Of a stretch of DNA of 64,000 nucleotides, positions 26,701 to 37,565 are shown in pieces. Numbering within the stretch: the stretch's first letter is position 1; every line of letters starts with the position of its first letter. Under the pieces are notes generated by a model, which worked only from the letters and a program-made list of their open reading frames with translations, was not told the DNA's origin and did not search any database. Source of the DNA: Laetmonice hystrix (Eukaryota); assembly GCA_965235115.1 (NCBI GenBank), contig OZ249436.1, forward strand, positions 25,546,001 through 25,610,000, written 5' to 3'. The translations under genes were made by a program, and so were the position numbers.

Positions 26701-29335
26701 CCCAGCGCCATCAACTCGCATACAGGCGTAAAAGCAAACGCACTGCCCCATATAATGCTCCCAGCCTAAAGCGATGTTGCAATTAATTTAAAATTAACAA
26801 GATGCACTAGTAATCCGATCCAAGCCTAATTACGTCATTGCTAGTTTCATAACCAAATCTCACAGAAAATACCCCACCCGGGCACATAACCTGAAAATAT
26901 TCAACTTTTATCTCCAATGTATCCCTGTGCACCTAGTAGCACCCAAGCGGGCCCAATTTTGACATTCCAACACAAATACCGCAAATAGCCGCCTAATGGC
27001 ACAAAAAACTTTCTACCCCGTTGCAAGTCACATTAGCTTGCTGCTTGTCGTAAAAAATGGTGCAGACCATTTCTAAAGTCACAGTACCCCACTCCCGGCC
27101 TAATATTACGTTTCAGTATCCATATACGCTGCAAGCGGCAGGAACTCGAATACAGGCCTAAAAGTAACCCCAGTCTAGCAATATCATACTCCCATGCCAT
27201 ATACGAGCTTGTAATTATCTTTAATTAATGGGCTCCGCAGCACCAACCCACTGCATTAACATTTGTTTAACAGCTTAACGCACCTTGTAAAATTTGTTCA
27301 AGTGCGTAAAAATGCGTGTCCACCTCCACATACTTTAAAAATCACTATACCCACCCAGCGACATCCACTCTAATACACGCCTAAAAGGAACTTCACTGTC
27401 CCATTTGATTCTCCAGCACGTATAGGATGTTTCAAGTAACATTCATCCACGGTCTGGCCCAATAACGTGCAACAAGGAATAGTAAGTCAATGCGAGCTCG
27501 CATGTCAAACCTAACCCGCCCCCCACCACATGAGCTGAAAATATTCAAATAGCTTGAAAACTAGAATATAGCTTTGCTTAATACCATTATACCATCAACT
27601 CGCATTACAGGCCTAATGCGAAGCTCCCAGCCTAAAACGAGTTTCCAATTAATTTAAAGTTAACAAGATGCACTAATAATCGATTCCAAGCCTAATTAGG
27701 CCATTGCTAGTTGGATAACAAAATCTCATACAAAATACACCCTCCCGGCAGATGACCTGAGAATATTCAACTCTTATGTCCGATATATCCCTGTCCGCTT
27801 AGTAGCACCCAGCCGGGCCCCCATTTTGACATTGCAACACCAATACAGCAAGTGCCCAGCTAACAGCACAAATAACAGGATTCAGGGCTTCCTACCACGT
27901 TACAAGTCACAATAGATTGCTGCCTGTCGTAAAAATATACCAGACCATTTTAAAAAGTCACAGAACCCCAATCCGGCCCTAGTATGTCACTCCCAGTACC
28001 AATAGACGCTGGAAGCACCATCAACTGAAATTCAGGCCTAGAACCCACCTCTCTCTACCAATATCATGCACCTAGTCCGTATACGAGGTTGTAATTTACT
28101 TTAATCAACGGGCTGCGCCGCAGCAACCCACTCTGGTCTTTGCAATCTTTTTCAATATGCGTTAACATTTGTGACCAGCTCAACGCGCCTTGTAAAATTT
28201 TTCAAAGTGCGTAAAAGTGTGTGTCCACCCCGACACGCTTTCCAAACCACTATACCCACCGAGCGACATCCACTCAAATACAGGCTTCGACCGATCCTCA
28301 CTGTGCCAATAATCCGCCACAAGGCAAATTCAGTCAATGCAAGCTGGAAAATCGAATGTCAAACCTAATGCTCCCCCCCCCCAGCACGTTAACTGAAAAT
28401 AATCAACTAGCTTGAAAACTAGAATATAGCTTTGTTTAGCTAACAATCTACTCTCCCAGCGCCATCAACTCGCATACAGGCGTAAAAGCAAACGCACTGC
28501 CCCATATAATGCTCCCAGCCTAAAGCGATGTTGCAATTAATTTAAAATTAACAAGATGCACTAGTAATCCGATCCAAGCCTAATTACGTCATTGCTAGTT
28601 TCATAACCAAATCTCACAGAAAATACCCCACCCGGGCACATAACCTGAAAATATTCAACTTTTATCTCCAATGTATCCCTGTGCACCTAGTAGCACCCAA
28701 GCGGGCCCAATTTTGACATTCCAACACAAATACCGCAAATAGCCGCCTAATGGCACAAAAAACTTTCTACCCCGTTGCAAGTCACATTAGCTTGCTGCTT
28801 GTCGTAAAAAATGGTGCAGACCATTTCTAAAGTCACAGTACCCCACTCCCGGCCTAATATTACGTTTCAGTATCCATATACGCTGCAAGCGGCAGGAACT
28901 CGAATACAGGCCTAAAAGTAACCCCAGTCTAGCAATATCATACTCCCATGCCATATACGAGCTTGTAATTATCTTTAATTAATGGGCTCCGCAGCACCAA
29001 CCCACTGCATTAACATTTGTTTAACAGCTTAACGCACCTTGTAAAATTTGTTCAAGTGCGTAAAAATGCGTGTCCACCTCCACATACTTTAAAAATCACT
29101 ATACCCACCCAGCGACATCCACTCTAATACACGCCTAAAAGGAACTTCACTGTCCCATTTGATTCTCCAGCACGTATAGGATGTTTCAAGTAACATTCAT
29201 CCACGGTCTGGCCCAATAACGTGCAACAAGGCATAGTAAGTCAATGCGAGCTCGCATGTCAAACCTAACCCGCCCCCCAGCACATGAGCTGAAAATATTC
29301 AAATAGCTTGAAAACTAGAATATAGCTTTGCTTAA
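14725..29335. repeat. Satellite array, ~1754-bp unit, segment 2
   Basis: Same A/B dimer, continuing in phase after element 1. Confidence 0.98.
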
Positions 29336-29907
29336 AGGGAAATGTGAGTGTTCGACTCCACCACTAGAATTTTCAAAATATTTTTATGGGGGATAGCCTT
29401 TGTCCTTAGGAGTACAAAGAAACAAAAAAAATCATATGTCACCGAATTAGATTTTTTTATACAGGCCTCCGTAAAAAATGGGTCCTTACTATAGGTTTCA
29501 ATGGGGAAAACAGGAATTTTTAGACATTTTGTCTAATAGTTAAAAAATGACCACCAATTTTCTCCTGAAACTCGGTGACAAGATAAAGTGGATCAAGACT
29601 AATAGTTTAAAACAAAAAAAATTGGGGGTCACCGAATCAACAAAAAAGTTACAGCCTGCCAAACAGTCAGTGCCTTGGTAAAACACGGGTCTTAACTATA
29701 GCATTCAATGGAGTAGACAGGTTCTGGCACACAGTTTGGTTCATTTTTTAAAAAATACTACTGATTTCCAGATCAAACTAGTTGACTGCATAAATAAGCC
29801 AAACAGTTTTCTTTTAAAGCTCACTACGCGGCGCTTTGAATACTCACATTTTCCCCGTGGTACCAACGCGGCTCACTAGGTGGCGCTTTAAACACTCACA
29901 TTTCCCT
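29336..29907. mobile_element. 572-bp non-autonomous DNA transposon (MITE), Kolobok-like
   Basis: TTAA is duplicated (29332-29335 and 29908-29911; single in other monomers). Perfect 17-bp TIR AGGGAAATGTGAGTGTT / AACACTCACATTTCCCT. Purine-purine 5' termini with a TTAA TSD fit Kolobok rather than piggyBac. Confidence 0.85.
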
Positions 29908-30202
29908 TTAATACCATTATACCATCAACTCGCATTACAGGCCTAATGCGAAGCTCCCAGCCTAAAACGAGTTTCCAATTAATTTAAAGTTAACAAGATG
30001 CACTAATAATCGATTCCAAGCCTAATTAGGCCATTGCTAGTTGGATAACCAAATCTCATACAAAATACACCCTCCCGGCAGATGACCTGAGAATATTCAA
30101 CTCTTATGTCCGATATATCCCTGTCCGCTTAGTAGCACCCAGCCGGGCCCCCATTTTGACATTGCAACACCAATACAGCAAGTGCCCAGCTAACAGCACA
30201 AA
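29908..30202. repeat. Satellite monomer A fragment between the MITE and element 2
   Basis: In-phase monomer A sequence TTAATACCATT...ACAGCACAAA. Confidence 0.97.
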
Positions 30203-30424
30203 GGCACGTTGTAACCGAAGGTTCAACGAATTTTATGCAGGAAAACACGAGAGGCCTACTGTCTGAATCAGTGCCGTCATGGCAACAACTTTCTGGGTCA
30301 TGTGTTGAATAATTATGTCACGCCGAATCCCATCATGCATCATGCCGCAACCGGTTGACGACCGTGACGTTGTCCTTGAATCTTCCCACTTTCTTCAAGA
30401 CACGCAGGGTAACGGTTTTCAGTG
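30203..30424 (+). repeat. Element 2 repeat A1 (copy A2 at 36738-36959)
   Basis: 222-bp direct repeat GGCACGTTGTAACC...GGTTTTCAGTG. Confidence 0.97.
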
Positions 30425-31354
30425 GCAACGGTCGCATTTTATCACTCTCAATCGTCTTAATTTTAGTTCATCCGAGGTTGAGTTTCTAGTCACGTCTTTA
30501 TAAAATGGTCACCCGTCTTTTGTACTTGCTTTCATTTTCTAGGCATAGTCTGTTGGCCTAGGTTTAGCCATCTTTATATCTCCTAGGAGTTAGGCCTAGG
30601 CTAAGCAAAATGGCGTCTGGGTACGTCTTGATTCTTACTCTTAGTGACAGCATTCATCTTCGTCGTCCTGTCACAGATACCCAAGGAGTTTAGTTCTAGA
30701 GTGAATCCGAATTTAACGTCACCGTTAGTTCTTTACTATCGGGGTAGATCTAGATCTAGTGAATGTGGCTGTAGTTTTGTTATAGACTAGATCTAGTTGA
30801 TTGATAATGATACTGATAGTGATAGACACTAGTCACTAGGCTAGTCAGGCTAGCCGGTCTAACTGGATCGACTTGTCTTATGTCATGAATTTGATACTTA
30901 GCCTGAGCCTACATTAGCGTTTAATCTAACGACGTTAGTTATGACTATATCTACTACTACTAGTTTAGAATCTAGTAACCTCGTTAGTCACTTATTGACT
31001 TAGTGTTTGACGTTGGCTCTGAGGACGGGTGGCTACGTGTCGTGTCTATTAAAATGCCATTGAATTTTGTCGTGCGGGAGTAGATCTACAAGAGTGACCG
31101 TTTTGTTTTCATCCATCATTCTGATTGGTTATTTCCTATTGCCAATGTTTCCCTACACATGTAAATTATTGTATAAATGCTACCTTAACCTGATATATTA
31201 CTACATTAAATTCATTCTATTGGCCACGGTTTCTTTATACATCATTATTGATACATTACAATTTACAGCATATTTGTGAATGATGATTGATATGTATCCC
31301 GTATATTGTACATTACGGGGCCTGTTTAATTAATCTGGCTACGTGTGTTGTATA

Positions 31355-33660
31355 TATTTTTTATTGCTACATTATACACCTTATGATTGCTATATTTAGA
31401 CCTTATTGGGAGACCATTTGGTTCTCTTTATTATTGGTCACATTTTATTACGATTGATATTAATGGGATTTAGATCCCTTATTTTTGTGTTGGGCTCTGT
31501 CATCGAGAGACTATACTGCTTTCTCTTTGATCAGTAGTTCCAATTTTCTTTTCAGTCTTTATATGTTTATTATTGCTACAGTATACACCTTATTATTGCA
31601 GACCTTATTGGGAGACCGTTTGGTTCTCTTCATTATTGGTCACATTTTATTATTTTTGATATTAATGGGATTTATATCCCGTATATTTTTGCGTTGGGCT
31701 CTGTCATCGAGAGACTATACTGTTTTCTCTTTGATCAGTAGTTCCAATTTTCTTTTCAGTCTTTATATGTTTATTATTGCTACATTATACACCTTATTAC
31801 TGCTATAGACCTTATCGGGAGACCGTTTGGTTCTCTTCATTATTGGTCACATTTTATTATGATTGATAAAAATGGGATTTACCGGTATATCCCGTATTTT
31901 TGTGTTGGGCTCTGTCATCGAGAGACTATCATGTTTTCTCTTTGATCAGTAGTTCCAATTTTCTTTTCAGTCTTTATATGTTTATTATTGCTACATTATA
32001 CACCTTATTATTGCTATAGACCTTATTGGGAGACCGTTTGGTTCTCTTCATTATTGGTCACATTTTATTATGATTGATATTAATGGGATTTATATCCCGT
32101 ATATATTTTTGCGTTGGGCTCTGTCATCGAGAGACTATACTGTTTTCTCTTTGATCAGTAGTTCCAATTTTCTTTCCAGTCTTTATATGTTTGTTATTGC
32201 TACATTATACACCTTATTATTGCTATAGACCTTATTGGGAGACCGTTTGGTTCTCTTCATTATTGGTCACATTTTATTATGATTGATATTAATGGGATTT
32301 ATATCCCGTATTTTTGTGTTGGGCTCTGTCATCGAGAGACTATCATGTTTTCTCTTTGATCAGCAGTTCAAATTTTCTTTTCATTCTTTATATGTTTGTT
32401 ATTGCTACATTATACACCTTATTATTGCTATAGACCTTATTGGGAGACCGTTTGGTTCTCTTCATTATTGTTCACATTTTATTATGATTGATTGATATTA
32501 ATGGGATTTATATCCCGCATATATATTTTTGTGTTGGGCTCTGTCATCGAGAGACTATCATATTTTCTCTTTGATCAGTAGTTCCAATTTTCTTTTCAGT
32601 CTTTATATTCTTTATTATTGCTATATTATACACCTTATTAAATATTGCTATATTTAGACCTTATTGGGAGACCGTTTGGTTCTCTTCATTATTGGTCACA
32701 TTTTATTATGATTGATTGATATTAATGGGATTTATATCCCGCATATATATTTTTGTGTTGGGCTCTGTCATCGAGAGACTATCATATTTTCTCTTTGATC
32801 AGTAGTTCCAATTTTCTTTTCAGTCTTTATATTTTTATTATTGCTATATTATACACCTTATTATTGCTATATTTAGACCTTATTGGGAGACCGTTTGGTT
32901 CTCTTCATTATTGGTCACATTTTATTATGATTGATTGATATTAATGGGATTTATATCCCGCATATATATTTTTGTGTTGGACTCTGTCATAGAGAGACTA
33001 TAATGTTTTCTCTTTGATCAGTAGTTCCAGTTTTCTTTTCAGTCTTTATATTTTTATTATCGCTACATTATACACCTTATTATTGCTATATTTAGACCTT
33101 ATTGGGAGACCGTTTGGTTCTCTTCATTATTGGTCACATTTTATTATTATGATTGGAATTAATGGGATTTATATCCCGTATATATTTTTGTGTTGGGCTC
33201 TGTCATTGAGAGACTATCATATTTTCTCTTTGATCAGCAGTTCCAATTTTCTTTTTAGTCTTTATATTTTTATTATTGCTACATTATACACATTATTAAT
33301 GCTGTATTTAGACCTTATTGGGAGACCGTTTGGTTCTCTTCATTATTGGTCACATTTTATTATGATTGATATTAATGGGATTTATATCCCGTATTTTGTG
33401 TTGGGCTCTGTCATCAAGAGACTATCATGTTTTCTCTTTGATCAGTAGTTCCAACTTTCTATTCAGTCTTTATATTATTATTATGGCTACATTATACACT
33501 TTGTTATTGCTATATTTAGACCTTATTGGGAGACCGTTTGGTTCTCTTCATTATTGGTCACATTTGATTATGATTGATATTAATGGGATTTATATCTCGT
33601 ATATATTTTTGTGTTGGGCTCTGTCATCGGGAAACTATCGGGTTTTCTCTTTGATCAGCA
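31355..33660. repeat. T-rich ~205-225-bp tandem array (about 11 copies) inside element 2
   Basis: TTTTG(T/C)GTTGGGCTCTGTCATCGAGAGACTAT (or a close variant) recurs at ~31483, 31687, 31899, 32107, 32312, 32527, 32752, 32971, 33186, 33395 and 33607. Confidence 0.95.
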
Positions 33661-33661
33661 G

Positions 33662-34480
33662 CTTATGCTGGATTATCACCCCCTTCTCATGTCTGGCTCA
33701 CATTTAGTTTACCCGATTGATTTTGTTTCAATACTTTGTTTTTGCTTTGATGATACAATATATTATTCTATTGGCCTGATATGACATTGAGAGATCGTTG
33801 GGCTTATGCGAGATTAGCAGCCTTTCTCATGTCTGGCTCACATTTTAGCCAATTGATTTTTGTTTCAATACTTTGTGTTTGCTTCGGCGATACAATATAT
33901 TATTGCTTTTGTCCTGATATGACATTAAGAGATCGTTGGGCTTATCCTGGATTAGCAGCCCTTCTCTGAGTTCTCATGTCTGGCTCACATTTACCCAATT
34001 GATTTTGTTTCAATACTTTGTGTTTGCTTCGGCGATACAATATATTATTGCTATTGGCCTGATATGACATTAAGAGATCGTTGGCCTTATGCTGGATTAG
34101 CAGCCCCTTCTCATGTCTGGCTCACATTTACCCAATTGATTTTGTTTCAATACTTTGTGTTTGCTTCGGCGATACAATATATTATTGCTATTGCCCTGAT
34201 ATGACATTAAGAGATCGTTGGGCTTATGCTGGATTAGCGGCCCCTTCTTATGTCTGGCTCACATTTACCCAATTGATTTGTTTCAATTCATATTATATTA
34301 CCTCAGTTGATGTGATATATTCACGATACATAGACTCTTTTATTGAGATATTATACTTTGTCTCTGCTTCAGTGATTCAATATATTTACTTGATATTGGC
34401 CTCATATGACATTGACTGAGGGATCGTTGGGCTTATGCTAAATTAGCAGCCCTTCTCATGTCTGGCTCATATTTACCCAA
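33662..34480. repeat. ~140-bp tandem array (about 5 copies plus a degenerate one) inside element 2
   Basis: GCTTATGCTGGATTAGCAGCC..TTCTCATGTCTGGCTCACATTT recurs at ~33662, 33802, 33940, 34085, 34222 and 34431. Confidence 0.9.
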
Positions 34481-36174
34481 CTGATTTATTTCACTTCATA
34501 CTGTATTACTTTACTTCATTACTGTTGATGTGACATGTACACGATACATAGTCTTTTTATTGAGATTATATAATATACTTTGTCTTTGCTTCAGTGATGC
34601 AATATTATATTTACTTGATATTGGCCTCATATGACATACCAGTCCCAAATTTTCAGTCTCTTAATATTTATATTATTATAATTTTTGCTTCAGTGATACA
34701 ACATTATAGTTAATTGATATAGGCCACTGCATATATGCCAATGCCAATGAAAGATCGTTGGGATTCGACTGTCCTGAGTTTGCAGCCCATCTAGGATCTG
34801 GCTCACATTTAACCATTTTGTTTACGTTGCAATTACATCGAGTGATGTGATGCGTTCACGACATAAATGTTGTATTCACTGTTAGGCTCAGCCATTGAGA
34901 GACCATCGAGTGTTCTGTTGGATCAGTGCGACAGCAGTTCAAATGTTCAGTCTCTTTTACATTTATTTTACTTTTTGCTGCTTCAGAGATACATTATTAT
35001 AATATTAACAATATTTTGTTGGCCGTATATGCCATTGGGAGATCGTGGGTTTCCCCTGGATTAGCAGCCTATCAGTATCACATGTGTGCCTAACATTTGA
35101 TTTACGTCCAATTTATATTATATTACATTTATGTTATTATACATATGTATTATTATTACATGTAAACCATGGTTTTTCGCCACTGATTGACATATCATCT
35201 AGGCTTATCTCTATCATCAAATTCGTAGATATCAGTTTAATTTCATAATCGTATATTACGTAACGATTTACATTATGCTAAATGAATTATTCAGTATAAT
35301 ATTATACTTGCCCTATACGGCCAATGTTATACACAACATGAATTATTCAATCTGGGCGTTTTGTCATTGACTTTGGCTCTACAATGAGCCCTTCAATTCA
35401 ATCAACTTCAATGAGCGGGTTGTTACCCTGGCCATGTTCCCTTGTACGGCTTCTGTTCATGATGGCGACTACACGATGGAGGTCCAAGCCCAAGCTCCCA
35501 CGGAATTCTCCGATCTCCATGCCCCCATGCAAGAGGGAGCGTCTCATTATGGGTCAAGCGGAACCGGGTCGGCCTCAACTATTTCGCAAGGATTCGCGGC
35601 TGGTGTCCAGACGGTTCCCATTTACGACTGTTCAGGGAGGTTGGAGATAGGAGTTCGGCCCGGCCTGAGCCTCGACTGGGTACTCCAAGTCTCTTCCAGA
35701 CCATTCTTGCTGTGGCCAGATGCAGTGGTGCAAGAGCAGATCTACGTGTGTGATCTGTATGATCATATAATATTAGCAAAGAATGCTTTTCACCAACAAT
35801 CGCGGTGTCTCCTTGAAACTCCGTATGGACGCTTCAGTTAAAATGGGATTTGGAGCGGTTTTTCGGATCTGACTAGATAATAGGCCTAGTCGGTGTCCAT
35901 CTTCGTTGGATCGACAAGATGTTTTTATTGGAGCTATACCTCCATTCTTTTTGCAGTTGCCCTGTGTGGGGAATATGTTTGAAACTCCATGGTTGAGTTT
36001 CATACCATAATATTTGTGACACAATCATTAACTCAACTTGACCTTCAAAGAATCAAGGAAACAAGGGAAAGCGGATGATTTGCATCGGTTGCAGAATAGG
36101 CGTTTCATTTCCCTGCATCCCTGCACTGTGTGTTGTGGGTGGCTCCACCTGCTTGTTCCAAGCAGGTTAGTGGC

Positions 36175-36734
36175 CTGCGTCGCCACTCACATTTAACTGT
36201 TCAACACATTCTTAACCCTTTAACACATATTTTTTAACGATAATGTTCCTATTTTTAGATTTGGGAACATAGACATTAATGGTTTCGAGACGGTGCAGTG
36301 TGGACTCACTGTCAAGAGTAATACCAATTCATGGACATTTAGTTATTGGTACCGTTAGTTGTAATTTTCTACCATATCTATTCCCATGACAATGCAGTGT
36401 GGGCTCATTGTCAAAAATGGGACATTAATGGTTTCGAGACGGTGCAGTGAGGGCTCACTGTCAAGAGTAATACCAATTCATGGACATTTACTTATTGTTA
36501 CCGTTAGTTGTAATTTTCTACCATATCTATTCCCATGACAATGCAGTGTGGGCTCATTGTCAAGAATGGGATGGTGACACCCTTTCTGTTCAGAAATAAC
36601 CTAATTGTCCTAAACCTTTAATTAATGTTGGACACGTGCAGTGTGGGCTCACTGTCCAACTTATATTTTTAATATTATAATAAACGGGTGTTGCCCAAAT
36701 AACAACATTATCTGTTTCCGAGTGTTGCCTGCAT
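36175..36734 (+). repeat. Element 2 repeat B1 (copy B2 at 37006-37565), with an internal ~149-bp tandem duplication
   Basis: 560-bp direct repeat CTGCGTCGCCAC...GTTGCCTGCAT. GACATTAATGGTTTCGAG occurs at 36272 and 36421; AATAAA at 36679. Confidence 0.97.
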
Positions 36735-37565
36735 AAAGGCACGTTGTAACCGAAGGTTCAACGAATTTTATGCAGGAAAACACGAGAGGCCTACTGTCTG
36801 AATCAGTGCCGTCATGGCAACAACTTTCTGGGTCATGTGTTGAATAATTATGTCACGCCGAATCCCATCATGCATCATGCCGCAACCGGTTGACGACCGT
36901 GACGTTGTCCTTGAATCTTCCCACTTTCTTCAAGACACGCAGGGTAACGGTTTTCAGTGCCTCCACCGCCCCACCTGCCGCCTTAGGCCATCTGTTTGAT
37001 GGGCTCTGCGTCGCCACTCACATTTAACTGTTCAACACATTCTTAACCCTTTAACACATATTTTTTAACGATAATGTTCCTATTTTTAGATTTGGGAACA
37101 TAGACATTAATGGTTTCGAGACGGTGCAGTGTGGACTCACTGTCAAGAGTAATACCAATTCATGGACATTTACTTATTGTTACCGTTAGTTGTAATTTTC
37201 TACCATATCTATTCCCATGACAATGCAGTGTGGGCTCATTGTCAAAAATGGGACATTAATGGTTTCGAGACGGTGCAGTGAGGGCTCACTGTCAAGAGTA
37301 ATACCAATTCATGGACATTTACTTATTGTTACCGTTAGTTGTAATTTTCTACCATATCTATTCCCATGACAATGCAGTGTGGGCTCATTGTCAAGAATGG
37401 GATGGTGACACCCTTTCTGTTCAGAAATAACCTAATTGTCCTAAACCTTTAATTAATGTTGGACACGTGCAGTGTGGGCTCACTGTCCAACTTATATTTT
37501 TAATATTATAATAAACGGGTGTTGCCCAAATAACAACATTATCTGTTTCCGAGTGTTGCCTGCAT

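Larger units (their letters stand above)
30203..37565 (+). mobile_element. Non-autonomous split-direct-repeat element 2 (PAT/Ngaro-like structure), 7363 bp
   Basis: A1 30203-30424 = A2 36738-36959 (222 bp); B1 36175-36734 ~ B2 37006-37565 (560 bp, two substitutions seen). B1 and A2 are joined through AAA (36735-36737). Flanks: CAGCAC-AAA | element | AAA-TAACAGG. No recognisable ORF. Confidence 0.8.

Noticed and set aside
29336..29907. piggyBac MITE
   Set aside because: The TTAA TSD fits, but the termini are AGGG...CCCT, not the CC(C/Y)...(R/G)GG typical of piggyBac.
31485..34419. Hydrophobic 60-144-aa ORFs as membrane proteins
   Set aside because: They are by-products of T-rich tandem repeats, and frames shift between units.
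35384..36024. 135-aa and neighbouring ORFs as gag/RT/recombinase remnants
   Set aside because: I see no RT (YxDD), RNase H, CCHC or tyrosine-recombinase (R..HxxR..Y) motif, so a CDS call is not supported without a homology search.
36387..36413. Iron-responsive element (CAGUGN loop)
   Set aside because: The loop is 11 nt rather than 6 and the C-bulge/5-bp upper stem geometry is absent. Kept only as an unnamed hairpin family.
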